Of a stretch of 64,000 bases of DNA, positions 12,018-23,200 are shown in pieces. The position numbers and the translations under genes are program-made. Within the stretch, counting starts at the first letter, position 1, and every line of letters starts with the position of its first letter. A model generated the notes under the pieces. That model was given only the letters and a program-made list of their open reading frames with translations. It was not told where the DNA came from and did not search any database. Origin of the DNA: Cenococcum geophilum (lineage: Eukaryota); NCBI GenBank assembly GCA_050273025.1, contig CP158635.1, forward strand, positions 24,242,001-24,306,000, written 5' to 3'.

Positions 12018-13475
12018 TCAGTCATCCGTCATTCTGAGGATGCTTATATCCAACCCGGTTGTCTTAGAACGCCGAATGAACTCAATAGCGTCCAGAAGAT
12101 AAGGCACAAACTTCGCAGGGTTCTCAGTCGCAGGGAAGTGTCCAAGGCCCTTCATTACTTTATGCTGCGCACCAGGGATCTTATCCACAGTCGCTTGACT
12201 CATTTCAGGCGTGTTGCTCCAATCGTATTCGCCTGTCAGCATATAGACCGGGCACTTCTTGGTATTGATTGAGCCCACTCTTGACCGCCCATCCCAGCCG
12301 CCGAAGTAGAAGTCAAGGTCTCCGTGAAAGATGCCATAAGCTTGGGCAGAGTACAAGTGCCAAATTAGCGCTTTATTCACTTCGGGTGCCGTCGGACTCA
12401 TCATCTGTTAAGGAACGTTAGAGCAGGACTTTTCTGAAGGTAGGGTATAGAGCGTACGCCGTAAACCCATTCCGGGTTAAATAGAGCTTGGTTAACGTAA
12501 GGTGAGCGATCGTGCCATTGACGCTGCATGGTAAGATACTCAGATCTATGAGCAATTAGTAGATTCACTTGAAAACCGTCAATCAATCAATTACCCTTGC
12601 AAAGGAATACATCCACCGGCGCCAACTTCCTCAGACCTGATAGCAACTGCCAGACAAACCTGCCCTGCCATTGAAGCACCGCATATGATCGGCTTATTCA
12701 TTCTCAATTTTTTTACCACCGCGGCGATGCACCCAATATAGCTATCTTCCGTAGTTGTATGCGCCCCAGGATAGTAACTCATTGACGGGAAACTCCTTCC
12801 ATGTCCGGGAAGATCGAACGCATACATTGTGCACGCCTTCCGCATCTTTTCATTATTCATCACACCGTGATACTGTCTTCCATCTGATCCTGCGGTATGG
12901 AGGAAGACAATTTGCTGTTTTCCCACACCGGATTGTTCCACAAAGACCTTGCACTTACCCCAAACTGGAGCATTGATGTAGATGTACCGACCAGTAATGT
13001 AATCTTCATCCACATCTGGCTGTTCATCCGCCTTGACCGGTCCACAATGTATATCGTGCAGGAGCTCCAACGCCCTTCGCCACACATGGGTATAGTGAAC
13101 AAAGCTGTCTTGATCGCCCAGGACCACAATGCCCTTCTGGTTTATGTTCATTCCGATCATTCCCCAATAACTTTGGTATGGCGCCACGGGAATTGGCTTA
13201 AAGAATTGTTCCCATTGTTCCGGCAGTGCAGAAAGGTTGAAGAGTGACTCTTTGTGATGCCCAATCTTAGCACTTCCCTTTCCATTATCAACGGTGACAA
13301 GAAGGGTACTGTCGCTCCCAGCAGCCTTGATGCCAAAGGTCACGGGCTTTGTAATAGCATCGGTCGTCGTGAAGGCTAAGAACTGAGCATCTTTAGAAAA
13401 GGATTGGGAAAGTTGGGAAGCTGCTTCCTCTCCGCCAAGCACTTTTGGTAAATCCTGCCAGGAGTGAGAAGTCAT
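12018..13475 (-). CDS. Alpha/beta-fold hydrolase, 451 aa, 3 exons (13475-12595, 12545-12458, 12404-12018)
   Basis: Two GT..AG introns (12594-12546, 12457-12405) with CTAAT/CTAAC branch sites join three ORF-track pieces in frame. Motifs LHTAG, nucleophile elbow GASMAG, TGEYD and LGHFP. The N-terminal ~140 aa resemble an SCP2-like extension (inference). Confidence 0.92.
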
Positions 13476-14484
13476 GGTGGTGTAGAAATTCCGCTAACTC
13501 TGTAATCAAATCAGCTTGGTATGGCCTTTCGGGCAACAGAATTATGACACGCTTGGAGACTGGTTCGCGATAGAGCTACTTTCAAAACCCGGAAGAGGGG
13601 CCATGACAGCTTTTAAGCAAACTGCCCACATTTGGACTCTCGGTAAATGTTTTCTATTCGCTAGCCGGAGAAGAGGAGATAGCGGGGTACATATTTCCCT
13701 TAGCCAGAAGCAGCTAATCGAAATTAAAACATGGCGAGCCTCAACATGCAAGCATGACGTACGGATACTACTCAGGCCACCAATTTTTACATCTTAATAA
13801 TTACTACGTGAGCACTGCGTTTGCCTAAATACCACACATATCAGGACACTCCCATTCCTGGGGTTATAATTTCAACTTTAAGCAAAATATACTCGCGTTG
13901 AGACACTACGCAATAAAATGGACGAGTGACATGGCTTATCCCATCACCCGTCAGGGTACTACGTTATCGATAATGGTATGGCCCGTGCATAAAATACCGA
14001 GGCATTGTACTCAATCCATGCCTCCTGATTGGCCAAATGCTATCGGTAACGTAGGGCGATAATTAACAGGTGATGAGATATGTGCGCAAGATACTAAATG
14101 TGTCGTCATGCACGTCATTTGACCAAGCTAATTCACGCAAATACCTAACTACGTAACTGTCAAATCATATTGGTAGAACGCCAAGCACAGGCGGACAAAA
14201 GTTATCATATTAATTAAATTATCTCAATGAATTCTAACGACATCTATCACATATCCGGGGGGGGGGGGGGTTCATTTGGCGCGGTTACGACCCGGGTTAA
14301 CGCGAGGTTAGGGCCACCCCTGCTGATAACGCTTACGAACCCCGCACGAGGTCGCGTAGCGACCGCCCCCGAGTACCCTTGCACGCGATTTTGGGCGAAA
14401 AGGTACATAATTTGAGTTTAATCGGTACTTCTGGGCCGTTGCGTAATATTGCTCTAAATTTAAAACACCTAAACGTGTTCCATT

Positions 14485-14768
14485 CCTACATTAAGGCGTC
14501 TTAGTTAATACAATATAGTCCTATATTAAGGCGTTTCAGTTACTATAATATAGTTCTATATTAACGCGTCTCAGTTACTATAGTGTAGTCCTATATTAAC
14601 GCGTCTCAGTTACTATAGTGTAGTCCTATATTAAGACGTCTTAGTTACTAGTATAGTTCTATATTAAGGCGTCTTAGTTACTATAGTACAGTTATATATT
14701 AAGGCGTCTTAGTTATTATAGTGTAATTATATATAGAGGCGTCTTAGTTACCGTAGTATAGTTATATA
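14485..14768. repeat. Tandem minisatellite, ~8 copies of a 35-bp unit
   Basis: Unit CCTATATTAAGGCGTCTTAGTTACTATAGTGTAGT repeated head-to-tail without spacers; variants are mostly transitions. Confidence 0.92.
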
Positions 14769-14773
14769 ACTAT

Positions 14774-15116
14774 TTAGATATTCTTATAAAGCCAATCTAA
14801 AGAATACTAACCTCGTAGCTGTTTTAGCTAGTTAATAGCCTATCTTTTATCTCTTGCCGTACCGTCTTCTATACGCCGTCTTACATCCTTAATTATCCTA
14901 CGGTAACGGCTGTAGAATATAGCCTTGCCGTTAACCCGCTAGCGTGCCCCCCAGCAGTAATTAAGAGCTTTAATTAACGGCCTACCTATTAGCCCTAAAG
15001 TCCACTTAGCCTAGAGCTAGAATACTAAATTACTACTCTAAAGCATCTTATATTTTCTTAGCGGCGCCTATAAGTTAAGAATAAATAAAAGAGGCTAAGT
15101 ATTAGCCTACGGTAGC
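14774..15116 (-). pseudogene. GCR1_C DNA-binding domain (C-terminus of the Crypton-like ORF)
   Basis: KYKML*SSNLVF*L*AKWTLGLIGRPLIKALNYCWGAR*RVNGKAIFYSRYRRIIKDVRRR. De-RIPed: YKMSR...V.QLWAEWT.GL.G.PSIEALD..WG..WR....FYSRRRRII, the GCR1_C pattern. Confidence 0.82.
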
Positions 15117-18100
15117 TGTTACGGCTCGTATAAATGCCTCTGAACCGAAGCTTGTAGAATGCTGTATTACGAAGATACTAAGCTAAAGAGAAGGAAAAGG
15201 GGTCGCTAGGACCGATGTAAATAAATATATAGGGTAAGCTGCTAAGGCGCTAGCTTTGGGCGGGCCAATCATAGGTCGGCAGAATATGGCAGAATTTGGC
15301 AGGTAACGTACTAGCGCCGTTACATCACCCCCCTCTTTAAAAGAAAGCCTGCCCTTAGGCTTAGTTAGAAATAGGGTAGCACTAGGCTTATAAACATAGG
15401 ATTACAAAATATAAGATAAGGAGATATAAGTACGTCTAGATTAAGTACAAAGGGCAATTATAGGCTAAGTGGAAGCACTAGGCTAGAAAAAGTAGCCGCT
15501 AAAAGTCTTGGCACGGATCTAACTAATTAGATAACTTTAACCGGCGGTTAAAGTTCCTAGATATCTGAAATTTTATAGTACTAGCAGAAAACGGCAGAAT
15601 TTGGCAGAATTTGGCAGACAGCTATATTAGGGCTTTAGGGCGTTTTTATCCCTATATTCTTCCGGTAACTTATTATCTTTATTATACTAGCATTCCATTT
15701 ATTTATTTAGGTACTTTAGGGGTCTAGATATATTAGGGTATTAGTTATAGAATTCTTTAAGCTTCTAGGGGTAGTTTATAAAGTTCTATATAGGGTACCA
15801 AGTTAGGTTAGGATTGTAGCCCTTCTATTATATATGGTATTTTAGCGTTCCCCGTACTATCTTATAGGCTAGTATTTTATTAACCTTCTATTTATTGTTA
15901 CCGCTTACTTAAACTAGTAGTAGAGGCTCGTTTTTTTGTCTAGGTAATAGGTCGTTTATAGCTTTCCGTAACTTATCTAGTAAGAAGATAAGGTAAACCC
16001 TAATTAAATCTAGGAGCTTTATTTTATATAAGTTGCCTATCTTCTTAAGAACCTTATATAGTCCTACTATCTAGTAGTTTAGCTCACGGCCAAGTCGTTT
16101 GGCCCCTTAATCCCCCATTATAACCCAGACCATACCGCCAGGGGCAAAATCAGGCTCCCAATAGTGTTTGTTCGCCCGCTGTTCTATTAACCTCTAAGCT
16201 TTTTTTAGGTTCTCGCGGGCTACCGTCTAGGCCTCCTCCAATCGTTTAGTATACTGTTAGGCCTTAGTATAGGATAGCTTCTCTTGTACAGTCTGGGGTT
16301 CTTTTAGCCTTTTCTAGTTAAAGCTTATGCGGGGTAAGTATCCCATTTCCTGCTAAATTGGGGCGAACCCTGTAGAGTTATAGGGTAGGGTTGCTTGCGC
16401 GTAGTCTATTAAAGGTAGTAATTTAAACCAGTTATTCTAGAAATAGTTAATAAAGGGCCTAAGCCTCTAGTCTAGGTACTAATTTATAATCTCTATCTAA
16501 CCGTTTATCTAGGGGTAATAAGCCGTAGAAAGCTTTAGCTTAATGCCTAGGATCCGGGTAAACTTATTCCAAAAGGCTAATATAAATTATGGCCTATAAT
16601 TAGATATAATAGTATCTAGTAGTCCGTAGATTTAGTAGACGTAATAGATATATAGCCAGGCTGCCTCTTTAGTATTAATGTTTTTATAATATAGAAAATT
16701 AAGAATAGGCGTTTACTAAAGCGGTTAACTATAACTATAACCATATCGTATCCGTTACGGTCCCTAGGTAGTTTATAAAAGTCTATAAAGATATACTACT
16801 AAGGGCGCTCTAGTATTAGAAGTGGCTTAAGTAGTCCTGGGGTCTTATCCCGTAGGATTATAGCCCTCTAGCAGTCTTCGCAGTTCCGTATATATCGATT
16901 AATATTTACAACTATTCTTAGCCAGTAGTAGCGGCAGTTAATAATTTTATAGGTCTTATTCTTGCTAGGGTATACTATAGAGACTTAGCAATAAGCTTCG
17001 CGGATTAGTTTAGTCCGTAGATTATTAACGTTAGGGACTATAAGCCGCTCCTAGTATAGGAGCAATCCTTCCTCCGTTTTAAAATCGGGGTCTCTTTTTA
17101 CAGCTTATTCGCGGAGGGCCCTTAGGGCATTAGCCGTGCGGTTTACAGTTAGGAGGCGGTTAATTAGCCCTATTAGTATATCTAAGGATTCCTCTATTAG
17201 TACTAGCTCGTTTTACTAGAAGTCTAACTCCTTAAAGATCTATAGGTTGAGCTATTCTAGATAGAAGAGGGCGCGCGTCTAATATTGGGTCTTTAGCTTA
17301 TCCTAGGGTCCTATATCTTGTTCTCTTTAGGTTAGGGTATTAGCCTTAGAGTTTTGCTTACTAGAACGATATATTTATAAAGAAGAATTAGGAGAGTATT
17401 TTAGCCTACTAGGCTTATTATTTAGTAAGCTACTTTATAGTTATAAAGTACTTTAGGGCTTTATAATCTGTATATATCTTAATTTGGGAGTTTATACCTT
17501 CGAGCTCTATATACTATTAGGAAAGTAATTAAATAATAACTAGCATTTCTTTATCGTGTACTTTGTAGTTACACTTAGCCGGGTCTATTATCTTTAAGAA
17601 GAAAGCTATAGGGTACTATTTGCTGTCTAAATATAACTATAATAGGATTCCCACTATAACCCTATTAGAGGCGTCTGTTTTCAGCATTAATTTAAGGTCT
17701 AGGTTATAGTAATAAAGGATTAAGGAAGAGATAAGCCGATCCTTTATCTCTTTAAAGGCTTTTATATAGCTATCGTTAAAGATAAAAGGCGTATCCTTCC
17801 TAGTTAGTCGTATAAAAGGTTTTACTATAATTCCGTAGTTACGGATAAACTGGTGGTAGAAGTTATAAAAGCTAAGGAAGGATTAGATTTCTTTTACTAT
17901 ATAAGGGGGCTTCTAGTTATAAATTACCTCTGCCTTCTTAGGGTTAACCTTAATTCCTTTTATAGTTATAATAAACCCAAGGTATTTTATACGTTTTACC
18001 CTAAACTCACATTTCTTAATATTAACTTATAAGTCCGCGTTCCGTAGTCTCTCTAGGACCTTCTTAATATAAACTTAATACTTAAGTTCGTTATCTAAGT

Positions 18101-20211
18101 ATATAAAAATGTCGTCTAGGTATACTATGCAGAATTCGTCTAGGTAATTAAAAAGAACGTTATTTATATACCTTTGGTACGTAGCTAGTCCGTTTATTAA
18201 TCTAAAGGGAAGAACTTTATATTTATAGAAGCCATAATGGGTATAAAATGTAGTTAAATCTTTAGATATAGGGTCTATCCTAATTTAGTGGAAAGCTTAA
18301 TATATATTAAGTTTGGTAAAGATCTTTACCCAACTTAGATATATAAGGGTCTTATTAATTAAAGGAATAGAATACCGATCCTTTTAAGTAATAGCGTTTA
18401 GCTTTTAATAGTTAATGCAAAAGTGGAGGCCTCTATTAGGCTTTTTTATAAATAGGATAGGGGAAGCAAAAGGGGCTTAACTTGGCTCGATAAACCCTTT
18501 ATCTAGGTTATTAATTAAGTACTACTTTGTTACTTTTAGCTTATTTATTAATTATTAGTAAATGGGGCTATAACTTAGTAAGTTATTAGCTTCTAATTAA
18601 ATCTTATAATCGTATGTTTAGTAAGGGGGTAATTTATCTAAAGCCGCCTTTAAGAATACATCCTTATAATTTATATAAATAGTAGAAAGGAGGCGTTTAA
18701 CTAGTTCCTTATTAGTTTCCACGGCTGGCTCTTCCTCCCTATTATTAATAATTCGGTTAATCTTATATAGGCTCATTATAAAGACCTTATTGTCCTTCCA
18801 GTATATATTAAAGTAAAACGCTATAGCGCTAATTGCGGTAATATTTACGGTGGGGGGTTATATAACAATAGGGATGTACGTAACTTTATAGACTTCTAGG
18901 GCACTAGCGTTATTATTACTCCTTTTAACTCCTATTATATCTTTTAGAGGTTATCCCTTATATCCTATTAATGCGTTCTTTTCTATACCGGTTAAATCTA
19001 CGCAATTTAAACGTTGTTTACGTTACTATCTATCCTACTTTTATACGTAGAGTCCTCTTTAAATATAGCGCTTTAGGAGAGTATCTTTATTAGTATAAAG
19101 TTCTTTTTAGCTTTACGGCGGGCGTCTTTTTAGGTAAAGGCTAGATTACGGGCTAGGATATCCTACTAGTAGGTAGGGTTAGCCCTTATAGCTAGTATCT
19201 TATAGTTAGTTCGGATTTCCCTAATAAAGGAGGGCAACCTTAGTCTATCCTCCGGCCAGACAAACTGTCTTTATTATATATTTAACTAAATATTAAAATA
19301 GAACATCCATTTTTGTCTAAGGATTATATTATAGGACCCTAGGTCTAGAATACAAAAGGGGATACCGTATTAGCGTCGTCCGTTAAAAGTAATATATAAC
19401 TTTAAGACGTGGGTAATAGGCCGACTGGCTTAGCCGTTATAGCCTTTTACCTAAATAGGCTTCTCTAGTCAGATAGCTTCTATATTTAGAAACTTGGCAA
19501 TATTATTTATATAGGCAGTATTTATAAAGGCAAAGCTATTTGCTTTAGTATTAATAAGGGCAGTTATATTAACTCTATATCTATTTTGAGATACTATATA
19601 TAGAACTATAAAATACTTTCCACCTATTAACTAATTAAGATTAATCTCTTTAAGATTAATAGGGTATCCTAGGGGGGAGTCTTTCCCTAGGGTTCTTCTT
19701 TTCCTAACTTATTGGATATTTCTCCTTTCTCTATCTCCTTAATATTGCCTATATCCTTTAGCTCCGGGCAAGACAAGATAAAGTAACCCTCCTTATTACA
19801 ATTATAGCACGTAACTAAGGTAGAGTTAATTAGAGTATTATAGCGAATACTAGTTAATAGCGTAGTATATAGCTAGTTAGGTGTCGCTTACTAGTGCGTA
19901 GTTATAACCGCCTTTAGTATAAAAGTAGTTATAGCTTATCTTCCTACTCTTACTTCTATAGGTATAGCTAATAAGTTCTAATCGCTATAGAGTTACTTCT
20001 GCTAATTAGGTTAGGCATTAATCCGCTTTAGTTCTAAGTTTAATAATAAGCAATAAGCTGCGAGTCTTTTATGGGTTGGTAGGTTATTTAAGGTTATAGC
20101 GATTTTTTCTTATAGCCAAATTGTTAGCTTATCGTATAGGTCTAATCGGTAGTTCTTAAGGGGAACCTAGCCTTTTCCTGTAAGGTATAGGAATTAAGTC
20201 TAGAATTTAGT

Positions 20212-23200
20212 TGTTAACGACTTAGTTAATTAAGGCATGGGTACGGCAAAAGGGACGCACAAGCCTATACGATTGGATTGTCTATAAACGAGAATCTAAA
20301 GCTAGGGAAAGGAAAGGAGAAGAAGAGTAGCGCCGTTCGATGTTTTATAAGATCTTCGCGTCACGTGACCGCAATATGCGGCAATCTGTGGCAACTTGCC
20401 GGTGCGAAGTTCTGCCGGTGCTGTAACATTACCCCCCCCCTCTAAAAAGCCTGCCCTTAGGCTTTGTCGCTAAAAGTCTTAGCAAGAAAATTTGACTAAT
20501 TAGACAACTTTAACCGCTGGTTAAAGTTCCTGGATATCTTAATACCTTACATAACTAAGAAATTTCTGGGGCGTTTTTGTCCTTATATTCTTCTAGTAGC
20601 TTATCGTCTTCGTTATACTAGTATTCTATCTACTTATTTAGGTACTTTAGCGGTCCGGGTTTATTAGGGTAATAGCTGTAGAACTTCTAAAGCTTATAGG
20701 GACTACCTATAAAGTTCTATATAGGGTACTAAGTAGGGTCTAGGTTATATCCTTTCTAACTAACATAATACTTTAATATTCCCTTTATAAGTTTATAGGC
20801 TAGTATTTCTTTAATTTCCTATTTATTATTGCTATTAACTTAAATTAGTAGGGGAGGTTTATTCTTTTATCCAGGTAGTAGGTTATTTATAGCTTTCCGT
20901 AGTTTATCCAGTAAGAAAATAGGGTAAACTTTAATTAAGTCTAGGAGCTTAACCTTATACGAGTTGCCTACTTTATTAAGAATCTTATACGGTCCTGCTA
21001 TCTTATAGTCCAGCTTATAGCTAGGCCGTTCTGTCTTTTAGTTCTTTGTTATAACCTAGACTATATTACCTATAGTAAAGTTAGGCTTGCGCCTATACTT
21101 ATTCGCCTACTATTCTATTAATTTCTGGGCCTTTTTTAGGTTTGTATAGGCTACTTTCTAGGCTTCTTTTAAGCGCTTAGTATACTACTAGGCTTCTTTA
21201 TAAGATAGTTTTTCGCGTATAATCTAGGGCCCTTTTAGTTTTTTCCAGTTAAAGCTTATACGGGGTAGGTAACCTATTTCTAGTTAAATAGGGGCAAATC
21301 CGGTAGAGTTATGGGGTAGGGTCGCTTAGGCGTAGTCTATTAAGGGTAATAGTTTAGCCTAGTTATCCTAGAAGTAGTTAATAAAAGGCTAGAGTCTCTG
21401 GTCTAAGTATTAATTTATAATCTCTATTTAACTGTCTATTTAGGGGTAATATACTATAGAAAGCTTTAGCTTAATACCTAAGATTTAGGTAAACTTATTC
21501 TAAAAGGCTAATATAAACTACGGCCTATAGTTGGATATAATAGTGTCTAGTAGTCTATAAATTCGGTAGACGTAGTAGATATATAGTTAGGCCGCCTCTT
21601 TAGCGTTAATATTTTTATAATAGGGAATTCAGAATGGGTACTTGCTAAAGCGGTTAACTAGGATTATAACTATATCGTATCCGTTACGGTCTAGAGGTAG
21701 CTTATAAAAGTCTATAGAGACATATTACTAGGGGCGGTCGGGTATTAGGAGGGGTTTTAATAGTCCTAGGGTCTTATCTTGTAGAATTATAAACCTATAG
21801 TAGTTATTACAGTTCTATATATAGCGGTTAATATCTATAATTATTCCTGGCCAGTAGTAGCGGTCGCTAATAATCCTACGGGTCTTATTTTTTCTAGGGT
21901 AGGCCGTAGAGACCTAGGTATATGCTTTAGCAATAAGCCAAGTCCGTAAGTTCTATTTCTCTACTACTACTAGCTGTTTGTAGTACTTAAGCAGTCCACT
22001 TTCAAGGGACTATAGGCTAGAAACGTTCTTTACCTTTTCGCGGTACTCCTGTAGAGAAGGGGCCGTATAGTTTGCCTGCAGCAGTTTATTAATAAGGTTT
22101 AGTTCTATAGAGTTAATAGGGCATATCTTAGTATCCTAAGAGCCTATATTTAGTTCTGCCTATATCTAAGGGTTAAGGTACTCTAGTTATAGTAGCGCTT
22201 AGGTCCGTAATAAAATCTTTATAGCTATCTAGTTATTTATATCCTGTTTATACCTTATAAGAGCATCCGTACGGTTAGTGGCGCCTGGCTTATATATAAT
22301 TAGGAAGTTAAACTAAGATAGGGTATCCGCCTAGCGCGCCTATTAGGCCGTAAGGGCCTTTATTATTATAAAATATTCTAAGGCCTTATAATCGGAAACT
22401 ACCTAGATAGACTTAGGGGTGCCTTCTAGTTAGGCTCGCCAGTGCTAAAAGCTAGAGATAATAGCCAGCATTTCTTTGTCGTAAATTGGGTAGTTTAGCT
22501 TAGCATCTATTATAGTCTTTAAATAGTAAGCAATAGGGTGCCATTCTCCGTTTATCTACTTTTAGAAGTAAACGCCAGCTATAATACTATCTAAGGCGTT
22601 AGTTTTTAGCATTAAGGGCCATTCTAGGTTAAAGTAGGCGAGTAAGGGAGCAGAGACTAGTCGTTTCTTAAGCTTATTAAAGGCCTGCCTATATATAGTG
22701 TTAAAGTAAAAGGGCCGGTCCTTATAGGTAAGTAGGCTTAGTAGCTGGGTAATCCTACTATAGTTCTTAATAAAGCGTTAGTAGAAGTTATAGAACCCTA
22801 AAAATAACTACACCCCCTTTACGGTCCTTAGGGGTACCTATTAGTTAATTATAGCTATTTTTTCTAGGTCTGCCTTAATTCCGTTTATACTAATAATAAA
22901 CCCTAAGTACTTTATACGCTTAACACTAAATTCTAACTTCTTAATATTAGCTTAGAGGCTAGCTTCCTAAAGCCGTTATAGGACTTTATAAATATGCTCT
23001 TTATATTCCAGTTTATTTTTAAAGTAGATTATAATATTATCTAGGTATACTGTACAGAAGTTATTAAGGTAGTTAAATAGTATATTATTTATATATCGTT
23101 AGTATATAGCCAGTCCGTTAGTCAGTTTAAAAGGCAGTACTTTATATTTATATATTCCGTAACGGGTCTAAAACGTAATAAGGTCTTCTAATTTAGGGTT

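Noticed and set aside
12755..13797. Short ORFs overlapping or just upstream of the hydrolase
   Set aside because: Alternate-frame or antisense shadows and promoter-region ORFs with no motif support.
11310..14480. Island as cargo of a Starship-type giant element
   Set aside because: No DUF3435 captain or recognisable boundary is visible in the window; cannot be supported.
14485..14768. 35-bp repeats as a CRISPR array
   Set aside because: Units are contiguous with no unique spacers, there are no cas genes, and the context is eukaryotic.
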